Assembly (NCBI GenBank): GCA_964016885.1
Contig: OZ024745.1
Location: 123,628,001 to 123,692,000 of the forward strand
Origin: Eledone cirrhosa
Lineage: Eukaryota
Length of the DNA: 64,000 bases
Reading direction: 5' to 3'
Shown: one piece after another, positions 26,070 through 39,351 of the stretch
Layout: every line of letters begins with the position of its first letter
How positions within the stretch are numbered: position 1 is the stretch's first letter
The notes under the pieces: model-generated
What the model saw: the letters and a program-made list of their open reading frames with translations, nothing else
Told to the model about the DNA's origin: nothing
Database searches by the model: none
Made by a program: the position numbers and the translations under genes

Positions 26070-26186
26070 AAATATTTATTAAAGTAACAGATTAAAGTTT
26101 AAGCAAAGAATTGCTGCTTTCACCCTTAATGGGATCTTCTGAAGATTCTTTGCTTAAACTTTAATCTGTTATTTTAATAAATATTT
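26070..26186. repeat. 42-bp-arm inverted repeat
   Basis: 26070-26111 pairs with 26145-26186; sequence related to 58935-58995. Confidence 0.88.
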
Positions 26187-28945
26187 GGATCAATAAGACA
26201 ATAGAGGTAGTTCGATTTAATAATACAATGATTAAGCTTAGATTAGTTGTAGGCAGGAGACTACTGACAATCATCTCTGCCTATGCTCCCCCAAGCGGGC
26301 CTAGGTAAAGAAGAGGAAGACTGCTTTTACGAGCAACTTTTACAAACAACCGCAATGACAGAGGACGGAGACATCGTTATGCTAGCAGGGGACTTCAATG
26401 GTCATGTTGGTCAGGATGGTTACACTGGGGAACATGGTGGGCACGGTTATGGCTCAAGAAATGAAGAAGGAGTGAGACTTCTTGAATTTTGTGATGCAAG
26501 TACACTAACCATTTGCAACACTAACTTCCAGAAACCTGCCAACCACCTAATAACCTACAAATCAGGCGAGCACATAAGCCAGATTGACTTCTTACTAATT
26601 AGGCAACAGGACAGGCAGATGGTGTCAAATACCAAGGCATACTCTGGGGAAGAATGTACCCCACAGCATAGGTTAGTCGTTAGTGATATCTCAGTAAGCA
26701 AGAGATGGAATGAGACATACAGGAAGGTGTGGAGAAGAAAGGTCTGGAAGCTAAAAGACCTTTCACTAAAATACAAAATTAGAAAAGCCCTTCAAGACGT
26801 GTATGACGAAAAAGAAGACGATTTAGAGTCATATGACATAGATAATAACTGGAATTTCTTACGTGACAACTTACTTCAGGCTACTGATGAAACTTGTGGC
26901 TGGAGCAGAGCTCCAACCAGACAGAGAGTGACCTGGTGGTGGAACAGCACGGTAGATAGGGCCATTAGAGACAAAAGACTAGCATGGACGGCTTGGAAAA
27001 AGGGTGGGAGTAGGGAAGGATATACAGCCGCTAAGAGAGAAGCTAGATGTCAGGTGTATTTAGCACGCACGGAGGCTGAGAGTAGGAGGTTTGCCAATGT
27101 TCTGCGACAGGAAGATCAGAGACGTGTGGTGTTCCACATTGCAAGGCAGTGTAGCAATGCAAATCAGGATGTTGTTGGAGATAAATGTGTCCGGGATGAT
27201 GCCGGTGTACTTAGTGTCACGAATGATCAGAAAAAGGAGGCCTGGAAATGTCATTGTGAGAGACTGATGACTGTGGAGAACGAATGGGAGAGAGAGAAAT
27301 TACCCTCAGTACATCTGACAGAGGGACCAGCTATTGAGATTGACGAATATAGAGGGGTCCAAGAGGCGATTAAGGAAATGAAAAATGGTAAGGCTGCTGG
27401 ACCATCGGGGATAGTTGCTGAGATGCTGAAGGCATCAGGAGACGTAGGCACTAAACTGGTTGCACGCATCATCAATCAGGCTATATATGGTGGTGTCATA
27501 CCCAAAGACTGGTGCAGCAGTATTCTCATAGATTGCTACAAAGGTAAAGGGGATGCTCTGGAGAGGAGCAATTATAGGGGTATAAAACTGATGGATTAGG
27601 TTATGAAAGTGGCAGAAAGGATATTAGCACAACTAATTAGAGAAAGGGTCAAACTAGATGAGATGCAGTTTGGTTTTGTGCCTGGGAAAAGTACAACAGA
27701 TGCCCTCTTCTTGGTGAGACAAATTACCATAGAGGTTCTTAGAGAAGAATAAGCCACTATACTTAGCCTGTGTTGACCTAGAGAAGGCCTTTGATAGGGT
27801 ACCCCGATCTGTCATCTGGTGGTCCCTAAGGAAACTAGGTGTTGAGGAATGGCTTGTGAGGATAGTGCAAACTTTGTACAGAGGTGCTGTCAGTAAAGTC
27901 AGGGAGGAATTCCAGATACAAGTAGGAGTACATCAGGGTTCGGTCCTCAGCCCGCTCTTGTTCATTATAGTCCTCCAAGCCATAACAGAGGAGTTTAAGA
28001 CTGGCTGTCCAGTGGAACTTCTCTATGCTGACGATCTCGTTCTTATGGTAGAATCAGTAGAGGAGCTAGAGAATAAATTCTGGCTATGAAAACAGCAGTT
28101 GGAATAAAGAGGACTGAGAGTGAACCTAGCTAAGACGAAAGTGTTGATGAGTAGAAAAGAGGACAACACACTGATTCCATCAAGGAAATGGCCATGTTCG
28201 ATATGCAGAAAAGGAACTGGCATAAATTCTATAAAATGCACACAATGTAGATCCTGGGTACACAAGAGATGTAGTGGGATAGCAGGCAAACTAAGAGGTA
28301 GGGAGAAATACGTATGCAGTAGATGTACAGGGAAATTAGGCAGTAGAAGTCGCATTGATAGACACATTTTTCAAATGCAGGCGGGTGCTATAGAAGTGGT
28401 CGATTGCTTCTGGTACCTAGGAGATCAGATTAGCATGGGAGGGGGGTGTTCTGAGGCCATAGTATCTCAAATAAGGACAGGTTGGAAGAAGTTTAGGGAG
28501 CTGCTTCCTCTGCTGGCGAAGAAGGGTTTCTCCCTGCATACGAAAAGGCCGGTTATATGATGCCTGTGTGACGAGCATGATGCTGCAGGGTAGTGAGACA
28601 TGGGCAGCAACTGCAGAGGATATGCTACAGCTGGAGAGAAATGAGGCAAGCATACTCCGTAGGAGGTGCAATGTCAATGTGCGTGAACGACCCAGCATGG
28701 ATGTGTTGAGTGAGAAACTGTGTCTGAGAGGGATAGAGAGTAGTGTGCGAGAGAGGAGATTGTGGTGGTATGGACATGTGAGGCGCATGGAGGATGATCG
28801 ATGGGTGTAAAAGTGAGGAAATGCCAGTTGAAGGAAGACATGATAGAAGTAGACCACGCAAAACATGGACGGTGGTGGTGAGAACAGACCTCAGATCGCT
28901 AAAGCTCACGTTGGAGATGACGAAGGACCGTGACAAGTGGACAGA
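26187..28945 (+). pseudogene. RTE-clade LINE ORF (APE endonuclease + reverse transcriptase), truncated at both ends, inactivated
   Basis: GDFNGHVG, QIDF, PQHRLV (APE); KAAGPSG, NYRGIKL, GVHQGSVLSPLLF, YADD at 28024, FWYLG, RRLWWYGHV; stops at 27597, 28088, 28808 plus frameshifts. Confidence 0.95.
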
Positions 28946-29278
28946 AATAGCCGTCGAAACAGCTTAAGCTCTGCCATCGGGGTCTTGAACATTTTCCTAT
29001 ATATATACACACATACATACATATCCTATTCAACCACCATCCAAATTCATTTATTTTTATCAAATCTATGCTCTTCTCTTTTTCTGGTATTAATTTCCAT
29101 AGCCATCTCTTCTTCACATTACAATCCTAACAGATAGCACATAGTTTATGAATCTGCCATTCACAAAAACCTTTTATTGAATCAAGTGCATGTAATAGTA
29201 GCAAAAGAAAAATATCATATAATATAATACAATATATATATATATAAGTATGTATACGTACATACATATATGTATAGA

Positions 29279-29722
29279 CGTATACATACTTATATTTAAG
29301 TATCAGCCGTACTAAGAGTGAGAAATGAAATTTCATTTTTTCCATTTATCGTTTTCGGTACGCCCGACCAACTAACTCACTCGATATGCAAATTAGGCTG
29401 CTCAGCCATTAATATGCATAAGGAAAGTATATACGTTCAAATGTTCAATCAACTGACAGATATACGGTGCTGATGACAGCTAATAAGCTAGAAACTAGTT
29501 CATCGCTCCTTTGTCAGTGTTGAACAAAATGGCAACGATGGTTGCCGAACACTGTACGGCTTAATTCGGGCTGTTTGTTTACAAACAAACCGATCATTAT
29601 AATAAATGTTCGGTAAACCCATACGCACATATATATGTGTGCATATATGTATGTACGTATACATACTTATATTTAAGTATCAGCCATACTAAGAGTGAGA
29701 AATGAAATTTCATTTTTTCCAA
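29279..29722 (+). mobile_element. Diverged ~1.2-mer (377-bp period) relative of the 468-bp HHR repeat
   Basis: Colinear with the reverse complement of the array unit; ~66-bp terminal direct repeat 29279-29344 / 29656-29721; followed by (TA)n. Confidence 0.88.
29465..29505 (+). ncRNA. Type I hammerhead ribozyme
   Basis: CGGUG-CUGAUGA-C-AGCU(AAUA)AGCU-A-GAAA-CUAG-UU|CAUCG; extended stem CUGACAGA/UUUGUCAG and GUUCAA/UUGAAC. Confidence 0.8.
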
Positions 29723-32589
29723 TATATATATAATTTCTAGAAAATTAATTTTCTACCTTCAGATTAATTCAGTAATATTGCTTTGCTAAGGGATACATAA
29801 ATGGTCTGTTTTTCAAAAAAGACCTTTCAGGCATTGTAGTTAAACACAATGAAATTTAAATATTTATTTAACTCCTATAACATCTATTCTCATGTGTTTC
29901 TATAGATGAGAATATAATTGCAAAGTTTGGATACTTGTATATAAAGTATATATGTCTCTGTGTATGTCATCCTTATCTTCATTTAATGTCTGTTTTAAAT
30001 GATCACACACCGCGTGCACAGACATTTGAATGTGTTAATTTTTCTATTAACTACTCAGCTACAAAGTTGAAGTGTTTACTATTTTCAAGTAGAAAGTTTG
30101 TTGCTAGTAAAGTTAATAAGTATTGCCTGTAGTCACAATATATTGTTGTCTAACTCTTGTCTTGTACCAAAATTAATCTGGAATTTTTCTTGACATACAG
30201 ATTTTAAATACATACAATAAGTTCTTTTTTTTTATAATTTGGTAGTCTTATGTGTTGAGGCAACATCTATAACCTTTTTAATCTATGCCCCTCTGTTAGA
30301 TGCTAGAAGTTAATCCTTTTGATACCAAACTGCCTGAAACCACCCATGATTGTACAATACACAGCTGTTTCTTTTAAAATATTTATATCTTTTTGAAACC
30401 TTCTATCATAATTTCGAATTTCATTCACAAGACATTGTAAAACCAGCTCAGAAAGGTGTCCTATGGTTGTATAAACTTCCTGATTCTTTCAGTCAGTGAA
30501 ATGATCAGTGGCAAAGATAGAGAACTACCAGTTCATTATTTTAAAATCCATATCAACAGAGACATTCCTTTGTAACCCTAGACATTACAATGTTATATTT
30601 ATAGATCACTTCATCTAACTGTGAAGGTGTCTGGCCTAGTGGTTGTTTTACTTATAATCACATGTTTGTGCATTAAATTCCAATAGCTAGCACCATCTTG
30701 CATCGAAGAACAAGAAACCTCATTTCATGCTGTTCTAGCCCACTCAGCTGGGGATGGGGGGGGGGAGGGGAGTATCAGCAGCAGCTAGATGTTATCCCTT
30801 TCTTAGACAAGTCGCCTGCTCAGGGCAAAATTCTTATACTCTGTCGTTCAACAGCAAAAAATCTGGGATATGCCTTGGCTTAGGAATCACATTAACTCTT
30901 TTCTTTCCCTATTTCTAAAGAAAGACACTGCCTATGATTTTCAATTAATTTTGAAAATAATTAGGAATTTGGTAGGATTTAATAATATAAAATCAATTTT
31001 CTCTTATATGTCTAGTGTTTAGAATACACCTCAACAAAAGGTCTATACATGAAATTATGAAAGGTTTTAAAACAAATAGTTTTCTACAAAAGAAATAACA
31101 TCCCTATAACTGTAGTTTTAAAAGGACCTGTAGAAGGAACATGATGATGATGATGATATTGCTGAGCTGTAGTTTGAAACCATTCTTGAAAATATGGAAT
31201 AGTCCCTGATACTTTCCCAGGGAAAATTTTTCATTTTCATCTCACATCATTATTTCTGTTGTAAAATATTAAGGATGCTGTTTCAAATATTAAAATTGTT
31301 CCTCTTACAACATCAACTCTTTTTTTGTTGTGTTGTTGCTGTTGTTATTATTATTATTATTATTAATGATAAAAATAATAATATTTTGCTGGTTTCATTC
31401 CTCATATTAAATTTGATAATGGCTTGCAGAAATAAACTGGATAAAAAAAAAGTTTGTTATAAATAGCAAAAAGGATATTTTGCATAAAAACACATTGACA
31501 GCATATCATTTTCATTTTATTTTTTTCAAAAATGTTCATAAAAAATTTCCTTTGAATAAATATTTTTTCTATTCCTTCTCTGATTCTATTGTTCCACTTT
31601 TATTTTCCCTACCACTTATATATCATGTAAGCATTTAAAAACTATTTGTGCTGGAAACAGATTTTGTGGAACATATATATATATATTTTGAAATTTAGCA
31701 AATATTCTCAGTGCATCTCTTATAACAGCATTCTTTTTAAACTTTATATTTCAACTGGATGGGGTGGATAGTGATAAAGGGATAAAATAATATTGATATT
31801 GTGATGACAAAAAAAAGACAAAAGAGTGTACAAAAATAAAAATGTTAGTTAAATGGAGATGAAGGAGTTGGAGTTTATTAAAATAGAGTGGAGAAACAAA
31901 ATCGAACACAATAATACATAAAATATATATAAAATAGCTGAGGTTTAGTTTTGTTTCAAGATAAAATAGAATTGATGAGTATTTCCTGTGGTAATATTTC
32001 AGTTTAATGGAGCAACTTCCTGCTGCAATTTATGACTGTTCCTCTTTTAAAGTTAAAATACAATAAAACGAAATGGAAAGATCTACCAATGGTAGTGGCC
32101 ATGTCTATTGTACATTGTTATTTTCTTTGCAATTGAAAATTGAAATGTAGCAAAAACATATTTTTAAAATTATTTTAAGAATTAGCTAAATTATTTAACA
32201 AAAAAAAAAGGTGAAAATAAATAAAAAGAAAATACAATTTAAAATTGAGTTGTTTTTAATAAATCACAAACTGGAAGTTAATTTCATTCTTGAGCTGTGT
32301 ATGGATATATGGGTTTTTCTCTATTTCTCACAACTTTTATCCCTCTTTTCTCTTATCTGTATATTTCTCTTTAAGTCCCTCCCTTTCTGTTCATGTGATA
32401 TATGCATGTGTATTAAATCTGGAGGTACCTCTAATGAAATTACAGCACTTAGAGTAAGAATGTGCTGGAAGGATTTCAAAATACTATTATCATTGTTGAT
32501 AAGAAACTTCTGCAATAATCTGCGTGCATGAAACATAACATGTGGTATAGTATGGGACTGAAAGGTGGTTCTTGATTGTAGAAAAATGA

Positions 32590-32897
32590 GCTTACTAATA
32601 ATTTTGTGTGGAAACCACCCCCTGCATATTCGCAGAATCGTAAATATCCTCCACAATTTTTTTTTATGGCTTTTTTCTTGGCATTATATATATTTTTAAC
32701 ACTAAATTATTAATAACAATATACTGTATTTGCTGGCCTATTGGACTTCGCATAAGAGGTTCCCTCTTTTTTTATTATATTTTACGTTATAGTTTGACGT
32801 TTATAGGCATTTTTATGGACCACGTCCAATGTTTGCGGTTTTTCACTCTTTGTGAGTGCTCTACGAATATAACCCCTGTGAATACTGAGGAACTACT
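32590..32897. mobile_element. Partial copy of the 40252-40612 MITE
   Basis: Colinear similarity (CTGCATATTCG..GAATC.TAAATATC; ATGGACCAC.TCCAAT; ACCCCT.TGAATAC). Confidence 0.8.
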
Positions 32898-33056
32898 ACT
32901 TTTAATTTGGGCCTCAGAATAGCTTCCACAATTTAATTGTCAAGTTTTACTACCATGCAACTTAAACTCGCATTTTTATATAATCTTTGATTCTTGTACT
33001 GCTAATAGTTTGATCCCTAGAAAAAGAGCAAAACAAAGACCAACAGAGCAGTTTAA

Positions 33057-33274
33057 CCCTTTAGCATTTACATTACTTTATATTGACTATTATATTTTTG
33101 TGGTAAAGGCTTTACCTCCCATAATTATCTCACACAATATCAAATCTATGAGCTTTTGATATTTATTTTGAGAACAGTACCTTAACATCAGTATGAGCAC
33201 CCAGTTATGGCTGGTTTAAGCAGAAAGAGGTGAGAGAATACTGGCCGGATACAACCGGTTTAAATGCTAATGGG
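33057..33274. mobile_element. piggyBac-like MITE family A
   Basis: TTAA|CCCTTTAGCATTTA ... TAAATGCTAATGGG. Confidence 0.88.
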
Positions 33275-33469
33275 TTGAACCAAATGTTAAATATATTTAT
33301 CATGTGGTATTGTATTTAGGCTCCTTCTTACCAGCAGCAGTAAACTCTGGACACTGTTCTCTGTCTGTATCAGTTTTCGTACATCCGCCTACATTACTAA
33401 TGAGATCTAGATTGCAAGGACTTTCTACTACTTCCTGTGAAACTTCTGAACATCTGAAACAGTTTCTCT

Positions 33470-34200
33470 TGAGTATCCTTATTGTTGACTACTTCTGTGC
33501 ATCTACCACACACAAAGTCTACTCTTGTAGTTAGTTTCCACTGGGTACACTCTATGGAATTGCTACCACTCTTTACACTGCAGGCCCTTGATTCGAGATT
33601 TTGGTTCCATATCTGTAACTTCTTTTTTAGTTCTATTATTTTCCATATAAGGGCTACATCATCAGCATATAGGAGCTCCCACAGTCAACCAGTCTTGAAT
33701 TCCTCTATTATGTCCCGGAGTGGACTGATGACTATACCTTGGTGGGCCCCCACCTGCGCATTAAACTCATTGCTGTACACATTACCAACTCGTACCTTGC
33801 TGGTTGCACTTCCTGACGTAGCCAGTACAACTCTTCCAAGCCATTTTTCTATCATAACTTCCTAAGCAACTGATAAATTACAAGGCATGGGATTCTGTCA
33901 GAGGCCATGAATGCAAGATATAGGGGCTTATTCTTAGCATAATGCACCTCATGCAACTATCTAACTAGGAAGATGGCACCCATAGTGCCTCTATTGGACA
34001 CAAAATCTGATTACTTATGTTCCTAATTAGTTATGCAGTAATCCTTTCTGTGACCATCATAACTTGTTCCAACGGTTTCATATCTAAGTAATTTGCTCTC
34101 TCTAGTCCATCTCCTTTGAAGAAGTTGACAATGCTGCTGCTACATGAGTCATTGAGTATGACACCTTCCTGACTACCTGATTAACTGTGTGTGTGACTTA
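33470..34200 (-). pseudogene. Decayed RTE reverse transcriptase fragment
   Basis: Minus translation EEFKTG*LWELLYADDVAL near 33650-33705; parallels the 27.4-28.2 kb region. Confidence 0.8.
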
Positions 34201-35057
34201 CAGAAATAGTTAAATTCTCAACTTACAGCTAGGTGTAAACGTTTGAATATTTATACAGTAAAGGAAAAGAGCAAAATAGAGGAAAACAGAGCTGATACAT
34301 CTGTTGAATATTCAATATTTTTTTCATTATCATGGAGAACTACTTTGTGTATGTTATGTCAGGTTATATCATGTACTGGGACATGAGATACGAGATAAGT
34401 TGTCTTTATATTTTTTTTTCTCATTGCTTTATTTTATCATATATTAATATTTAAGAGAAATTTCCCTATAGAAATAATATTTTTGTGTTATGTTGCTATG
34501 ATACAGATATTTGAAAGTATATAACTTAACTGTGATATAAGAAATAAGTTGTTTGTTTATGTATTTTCTTTTTCTCATTGATTTCTTTAATCATAGATTA
34601 ATAAGTATATTGAGAAGGGGAGGCATGAAGTGCAGGGCGAGGAACCATTTCTATTAATCAAAATTGCTACAGAAATGATGAAAGTCACCGAATGCATGAT
34701 AGGGAGTGAAAAGAACCAAATGATAATAAGAGTTTGATCTGAGGTCAATCTTGGATGAGTCGAGATACAAAAACATCTTGTCTATGATATTTGTTTACTT
34801 TTAGCTGAAGCCTATCGAAGACTTCATCAGCAGACAACGGCATAATTTCTTACATCGAACCACAAACGTTCCATTCTTGGCAACAACTACCTGAACACTC
34901 CTCTAGCTATATTATACTCTATCTACTATACCAGAGGTTCTCAAAGTGGCCGCTTACCTCCGTCCCGGCAGGGGTTGAGAAGGCCCAGGGGCCACTGGGA
35001 CCTAAGAGTGCAGTAGACATAATATAATAGTATATTAACTATCAAATAATACATATA

Positions 35058-35422
35058 TCATCATCATCATCATTTTACATCCGCTTTTCCCTGCTTGCAA
35101 GCGTGGGACAGATCCTATTCTCTCCACTTGTCACGGTCCTTCATCATCTCTTTCGTGAGCTTCAGCAATCTGAGGTCCGTTCTCACCAACTCCACCCATG
35201 ATTTTCGTGGTCTTCCTCTACTGAATCTTCCTTCTACTGGGATTTCTTGGCACTTCTTTACTCAGTGGTCATCGTCCATGTGCATCCCATGTCCATACCA
35301 TTGCAGTCTTCTCTTCTGCACATTACAACTTATCCCTCTTATACACAGTTTCTCTCTCAACTCGTTTATGCTTGACATTTCACATCCAACGGAGCATGCT
35401 TGCTTCATTTCTCTCTAGCCAT
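35058..35422 (-). mobile_element. 5'-truncated RTE LINE 3' end
   Basis: LERNEASMLRWM on minus strand; (GAT)n tail with CAAGCAGGGAAAAGCGGATGTAAAA. Confidence 0.88.
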
Positions 35423-35599
35423 TGCATATATAAAGCAGACATAAAATGATGATGATGATATATATATAGTAAAATAAAATAAAAAAATAAAGGATAAAGG
35501 TGATAACACAGAACTGAGACCTCTGGCGTTAAGCAGTAATACAGAAGACCCAACTCCCCACGGGTACAAGCCGAAGCATATAGACAGTTTGTCAACACC

Positions 35600-35876
35600 C
35601 ACCTCCCACTGTAAACTGGTTGCATAGGTGTCACTACAAAAAGTCACCTAGTTCACACTTTAAATTGGTCTTGTAGGCGCCACTGTAAAAAGACACCCAG
35701 TACTTACTATAAATGAGGCTGGTGTTAGGAAGGGCATCCAGCTGTAGAAATCAAGCCAAAATCAGTTCTGTGTGAGCAAGACATGGTCACCTCACCTGGC
35801 ATTGTCCACAACAGGACAACCCGTCTGACCCATGCTAGCGTGGAAGAATGGACGTAAAACGGTGATGATGATGATG
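35600..35876 (+). mobile_element. Non-autonomous RTE-derived element
   Basis: GGTGTTAGGAAGGGCATCCAGCTGTAGAAATC...CCCATGCTAGCGTGGAAGAATGGACGTAAAACGGTGATGATG. Confidence 0.8.
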
Positions 35877-36055
35877 TCTTAGTCTTAGATTCTTCCGTGC
35901 CGTTTGGCGCATCGATCAATGAGTGCTCACCAGCGGTCACGATCAGCGACAACTTTTTCGAGACCGTGCCAGGTGATGTTGGCTGCCATCAGGTCCTTCC
36001 GGAACGTTCATTGCAAGGTGATCCTTGGGCAACCCCACCTCCGTTTACTGCCAGT
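35877..36055 (-). mobile_element. 3' end of a second RTE-like LINE lineage with (CTAAGA)n tail
   Basis: Minus translation GSKRRWGCPRITLQ*TFRKDLMAANITWHGLEKVVADRDRW*ALIDRCAKRHGRI* followed by CTAAGACTAAGAC. Confidence 0.7.
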
Positions 36056-36981
36056 AATGATGATAGTAGTATATATTATATTATTTATGATATATAAATT
36101 AACAATTTTATTTATATATTATATATAATTTGCTTGTAGGCAGGTCTTTCTGGAAATAAGGTTGGGGTGTGGCGAGGGTATCACATGGCCATGAGGGGGG
36201 GGGGGCAGTGGCTCCAAAAGAAAGAGAACCTCTGTATTATACTTTCATTATAATGACTTCCAACACTAATCATATGGTGTAGATGATAGAAGCTAAATCT
36301 GTTATATCGAGAAAGCTATTTGAGTAGATTCTGTATTTTATTTCATGTTTAATCCTCTTACTGACTGCTCTATCGTATCTAGTTCATCTGATGTCCAGTC
36401 CCCTGTTGATAAATGTTTACAATCCAATCTAATCCAGTCTCACTTCTGTTCTGTTGAGGAAACCCCTTCCTGATTGACCTCCACTGCTTTCTGTTTGGTT
36501 TTGGTCATGTCAAGGGTGTAACCATACTCACTCCACTTGGCTAATTGCAGGTTGACAAAGCTATTTAACCCATAGTTGTTGTGGATGGCTGTTGACATAT
36601 ACAACAAATTTGAGGACTGGCATTTTTGAGATTTTCTTATTTACTTTGATTACATTTAAAAATAATTTTCATAACTTTAACATAGTAAATATATTAATTT
36701 AAAATAAAACTGCATGCATCCTTCCATTTTCGTATTATGCTCTTGTCCTGAGGTTGTATTTGTTAATTGTTACTACTTGGGGTTCATTCTTCATAAGACA
36801 GTTATTAAAAAGCCAGAGCATTTTCTCCATAGATTATAATTATTAATTGCCAAACCTAAAAGCCTCTTGTTCACATGTTATAATCATTGCATTAGAAAAT
36901 AATCTAAAACGATTACAATAATCATTTTAGTATTCTCTGTGTAATTAAATGTTTCTTTCTGTAGTTATGGTGTTGATTGTG

Positions 36982-37130
36982 GACTCCAGCATAGCTAAGT
37001 GGTTAAGGTGTCTGATGTTCAATCATGAGGTCCTGGGTTTGGTCCCACAGCAATTATCTTAACCATGATTTTGTTTCAACCCAAGACTTATGAGTGAAAT
37101 TTGGTAGATGAAAACTGCATGGAAGCCTAT
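36982..37130 (+). mobile_element. Decayed tRNA-derived SINE (GAAAACTG..TGGAAGCC tail family)
   Basis: TAGCTAAGTGGTTAAG head; minus copies near 43405-43552 and 46630-46770. Confidence 0.55.
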
Positions 37131-39351
37131 CAGATTTGTCCCTGTAATTCAAAGATCTAACCTTGTTACATAGTGTATGATGTTGATTTATCACGACAAT
37201 TACATTAAAGGTACACATGTCTATTGAAGGATTAGCCACATAGTTGGCATTCAGTTGAACAAATAACTGAATGCTGATTATCAAAACCAATGAACTGTCC
37301 AGGACTCTCTCTCTTTCATCATCACCATCGTTTAATGTCCATCTTCCATCCATATATATATAAAAGGTAAACAGAAATAACAACACAAGCGGTACAGTAT
37401 ATGGAAGGAATATATTAGGTTAACGCTTGAAATAGCAGGAAAAGGGTCTTAACGTTCTTGACGCTAATCCTTCATCAGAAGAAAGAATAAGAAATTAGTA
37501 GATTAAAGGGGCAGGCAGGGTGGAATTGGAAAAAATGTCTTTAGATATAAAGAACAGGTCCATTCATGTTGCCATCTCTTGGAAAACTGTTGATGCTGGC
37601 ATTTTGTGCATGATATACTTTTTTAGAAAAGTGGATGATGGAGTGTCTACCTGAAATGAAAAAAGAACAGTTTCCTTATATATATATTGCTTTTCTCTTA
37701 AACTCTGTTTCTTTTTCAGTCTAAACTAGATATAATTTTATACCTTCTTTACTAAGGGCAGTGGATTGACAAACTCATTAGAGTCTCAGTTAAATGCTTA
37801 ATAGTATGAGTTCTATTTCTTTATGTTTGCAGTTCTAATCTTGCTAAGGTCTAATTTTCCTTTCATAAGGTTGATGGAATAAAGTAGCCATCAAGTACAT
37901 TGTCTGCCTCATGCCAATTTTAGAAATCATTGAAGCATCTTTACTATTGAATACATTTTACTACATGTATAACTCTAAAGTTCAGTTCTTATTTGAGTCT
38001 CAGCTGTCTGTACTTGTGGCTGACAATTCTTATCAGACAAATCCTCATGGTTTATTCTAGATGTAGAATGGTATTACTATATATGTTCAATAAAGATGAA
38101 AGCTGTGATCAAGTTGCAGAATTATCTGGGAAATACAGTGATAAACTTAACACTTGTATGCTATTATAGACCTAACATCTCCAACATTACTTTCATTGTA
38201 ATGTAATAAAGTTTAAAAAGGTTTTCTGATTGATTTTATTGATTAATCTAGATCTGTCAGACCTGGTGCATATAGGTTCCTCCCTATTATTTGATAACAT
38301 TTGTGTCTTCTGCCTCACTGATTTCTTCAATTTTTGCCAGACCCATTAAATTGTTAGATGAAGTTATTTACTACTTCTCTACCAACAGATTTAGGTCAGT
38401 CAACAAAATGGACAAAGTAGCTTAGTAAAAATTCTTTCATAAATAAATATAAATGGTGCTAGATGAAGCAACTAAGCTGAAACATTGAAGTCAATACCAC
38501 ATTTCTACTTAGCAAATACATTTCTACATGGTACCCACCAGTGTTGAGTGCTCATTTCAGACAAGAAGGATCAGTTAACCCTGTCTTGCTCGTACATTCC
38601 ATATTTTTTGCATGGTTTCTATGGCTGGATACCCTTTCTAACTTTAGTCTATGTACAGGATATATTTTCTTTTGCCACCAGGACTATCACTTTAAAGAGT
38701 GTAGTGGGTGCATTTTATTGTAGACCCAATGCTAGAGTATTTGCCATGTCTTTGGCAAGACCAAAGGCTTCTCTTGACCCAATGTTGTTGTGGTTCAAAT
38801 TGAGAGTTAGAGCAAATAACAATTATCAAGCTCTGGACAAGAGTTTATAACTGTAAAACTCAAGGAATTCACCAGAATCACTGGAGTCTCAAACAAAATA
38901 CTTTACATTATTTGTTCCTGCTCACTATATTCTGGGTTCAAATCCTGCACATGGCAAACTTCACCTTTCATCCTTCCAAGATCAATAAAATAAATTACCA
39001 GTCAAGTAATTGGTTGATGCAATTGACTATTTGCTTTCCTTAAAATTACTGGCTTTGTTGCTATGTTAGAACCTATTTATTGTGAAATTATGAAGTTTAT
39101 ATGGATCCTTGAGAAACCTGGTCACCACCACCACAACTGGAGTCTGCCAGCCTCCACTGATTGGATAATTCTTTTCCTATTCAAGGGTGAAAACTTCTAA
39201 TCTGGGACACCACTTGCTGTGATATGTTCTTTGGCTCCAAACTTTCCACATCAGCCACAATCCCGAGAACTGCTGCCTATAATGCAGAGGAGCAGAATAT
39301 AGCCAAGTACCATGACTTGGCTGTGTTTATATAAAGTTAAGTTTAAATTAG

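Larger units (their letters stand above)
34932..36234. mobile_element. hAT element expanded to 1.3 kb by nested retro-insertions
   Basis: TIRs CAGAGGTTCTC / GAGAACCTCTG; TSD TACTATAC (34924-34931) / TATTATAC (36235-36242). Confidence 0.8.

Noticed and set aside
26283-27599. 438-aa ORF as a functional gene
   Set aside because: Internal piece of a broken RTE ORF lacking the APE N-terminus and ending at a premature TAG
34805-34835. CUGAUGA on minus strand (also near 14876 and 45370)
   Set aside because: No correctly placed GAAA, stem III or UH site
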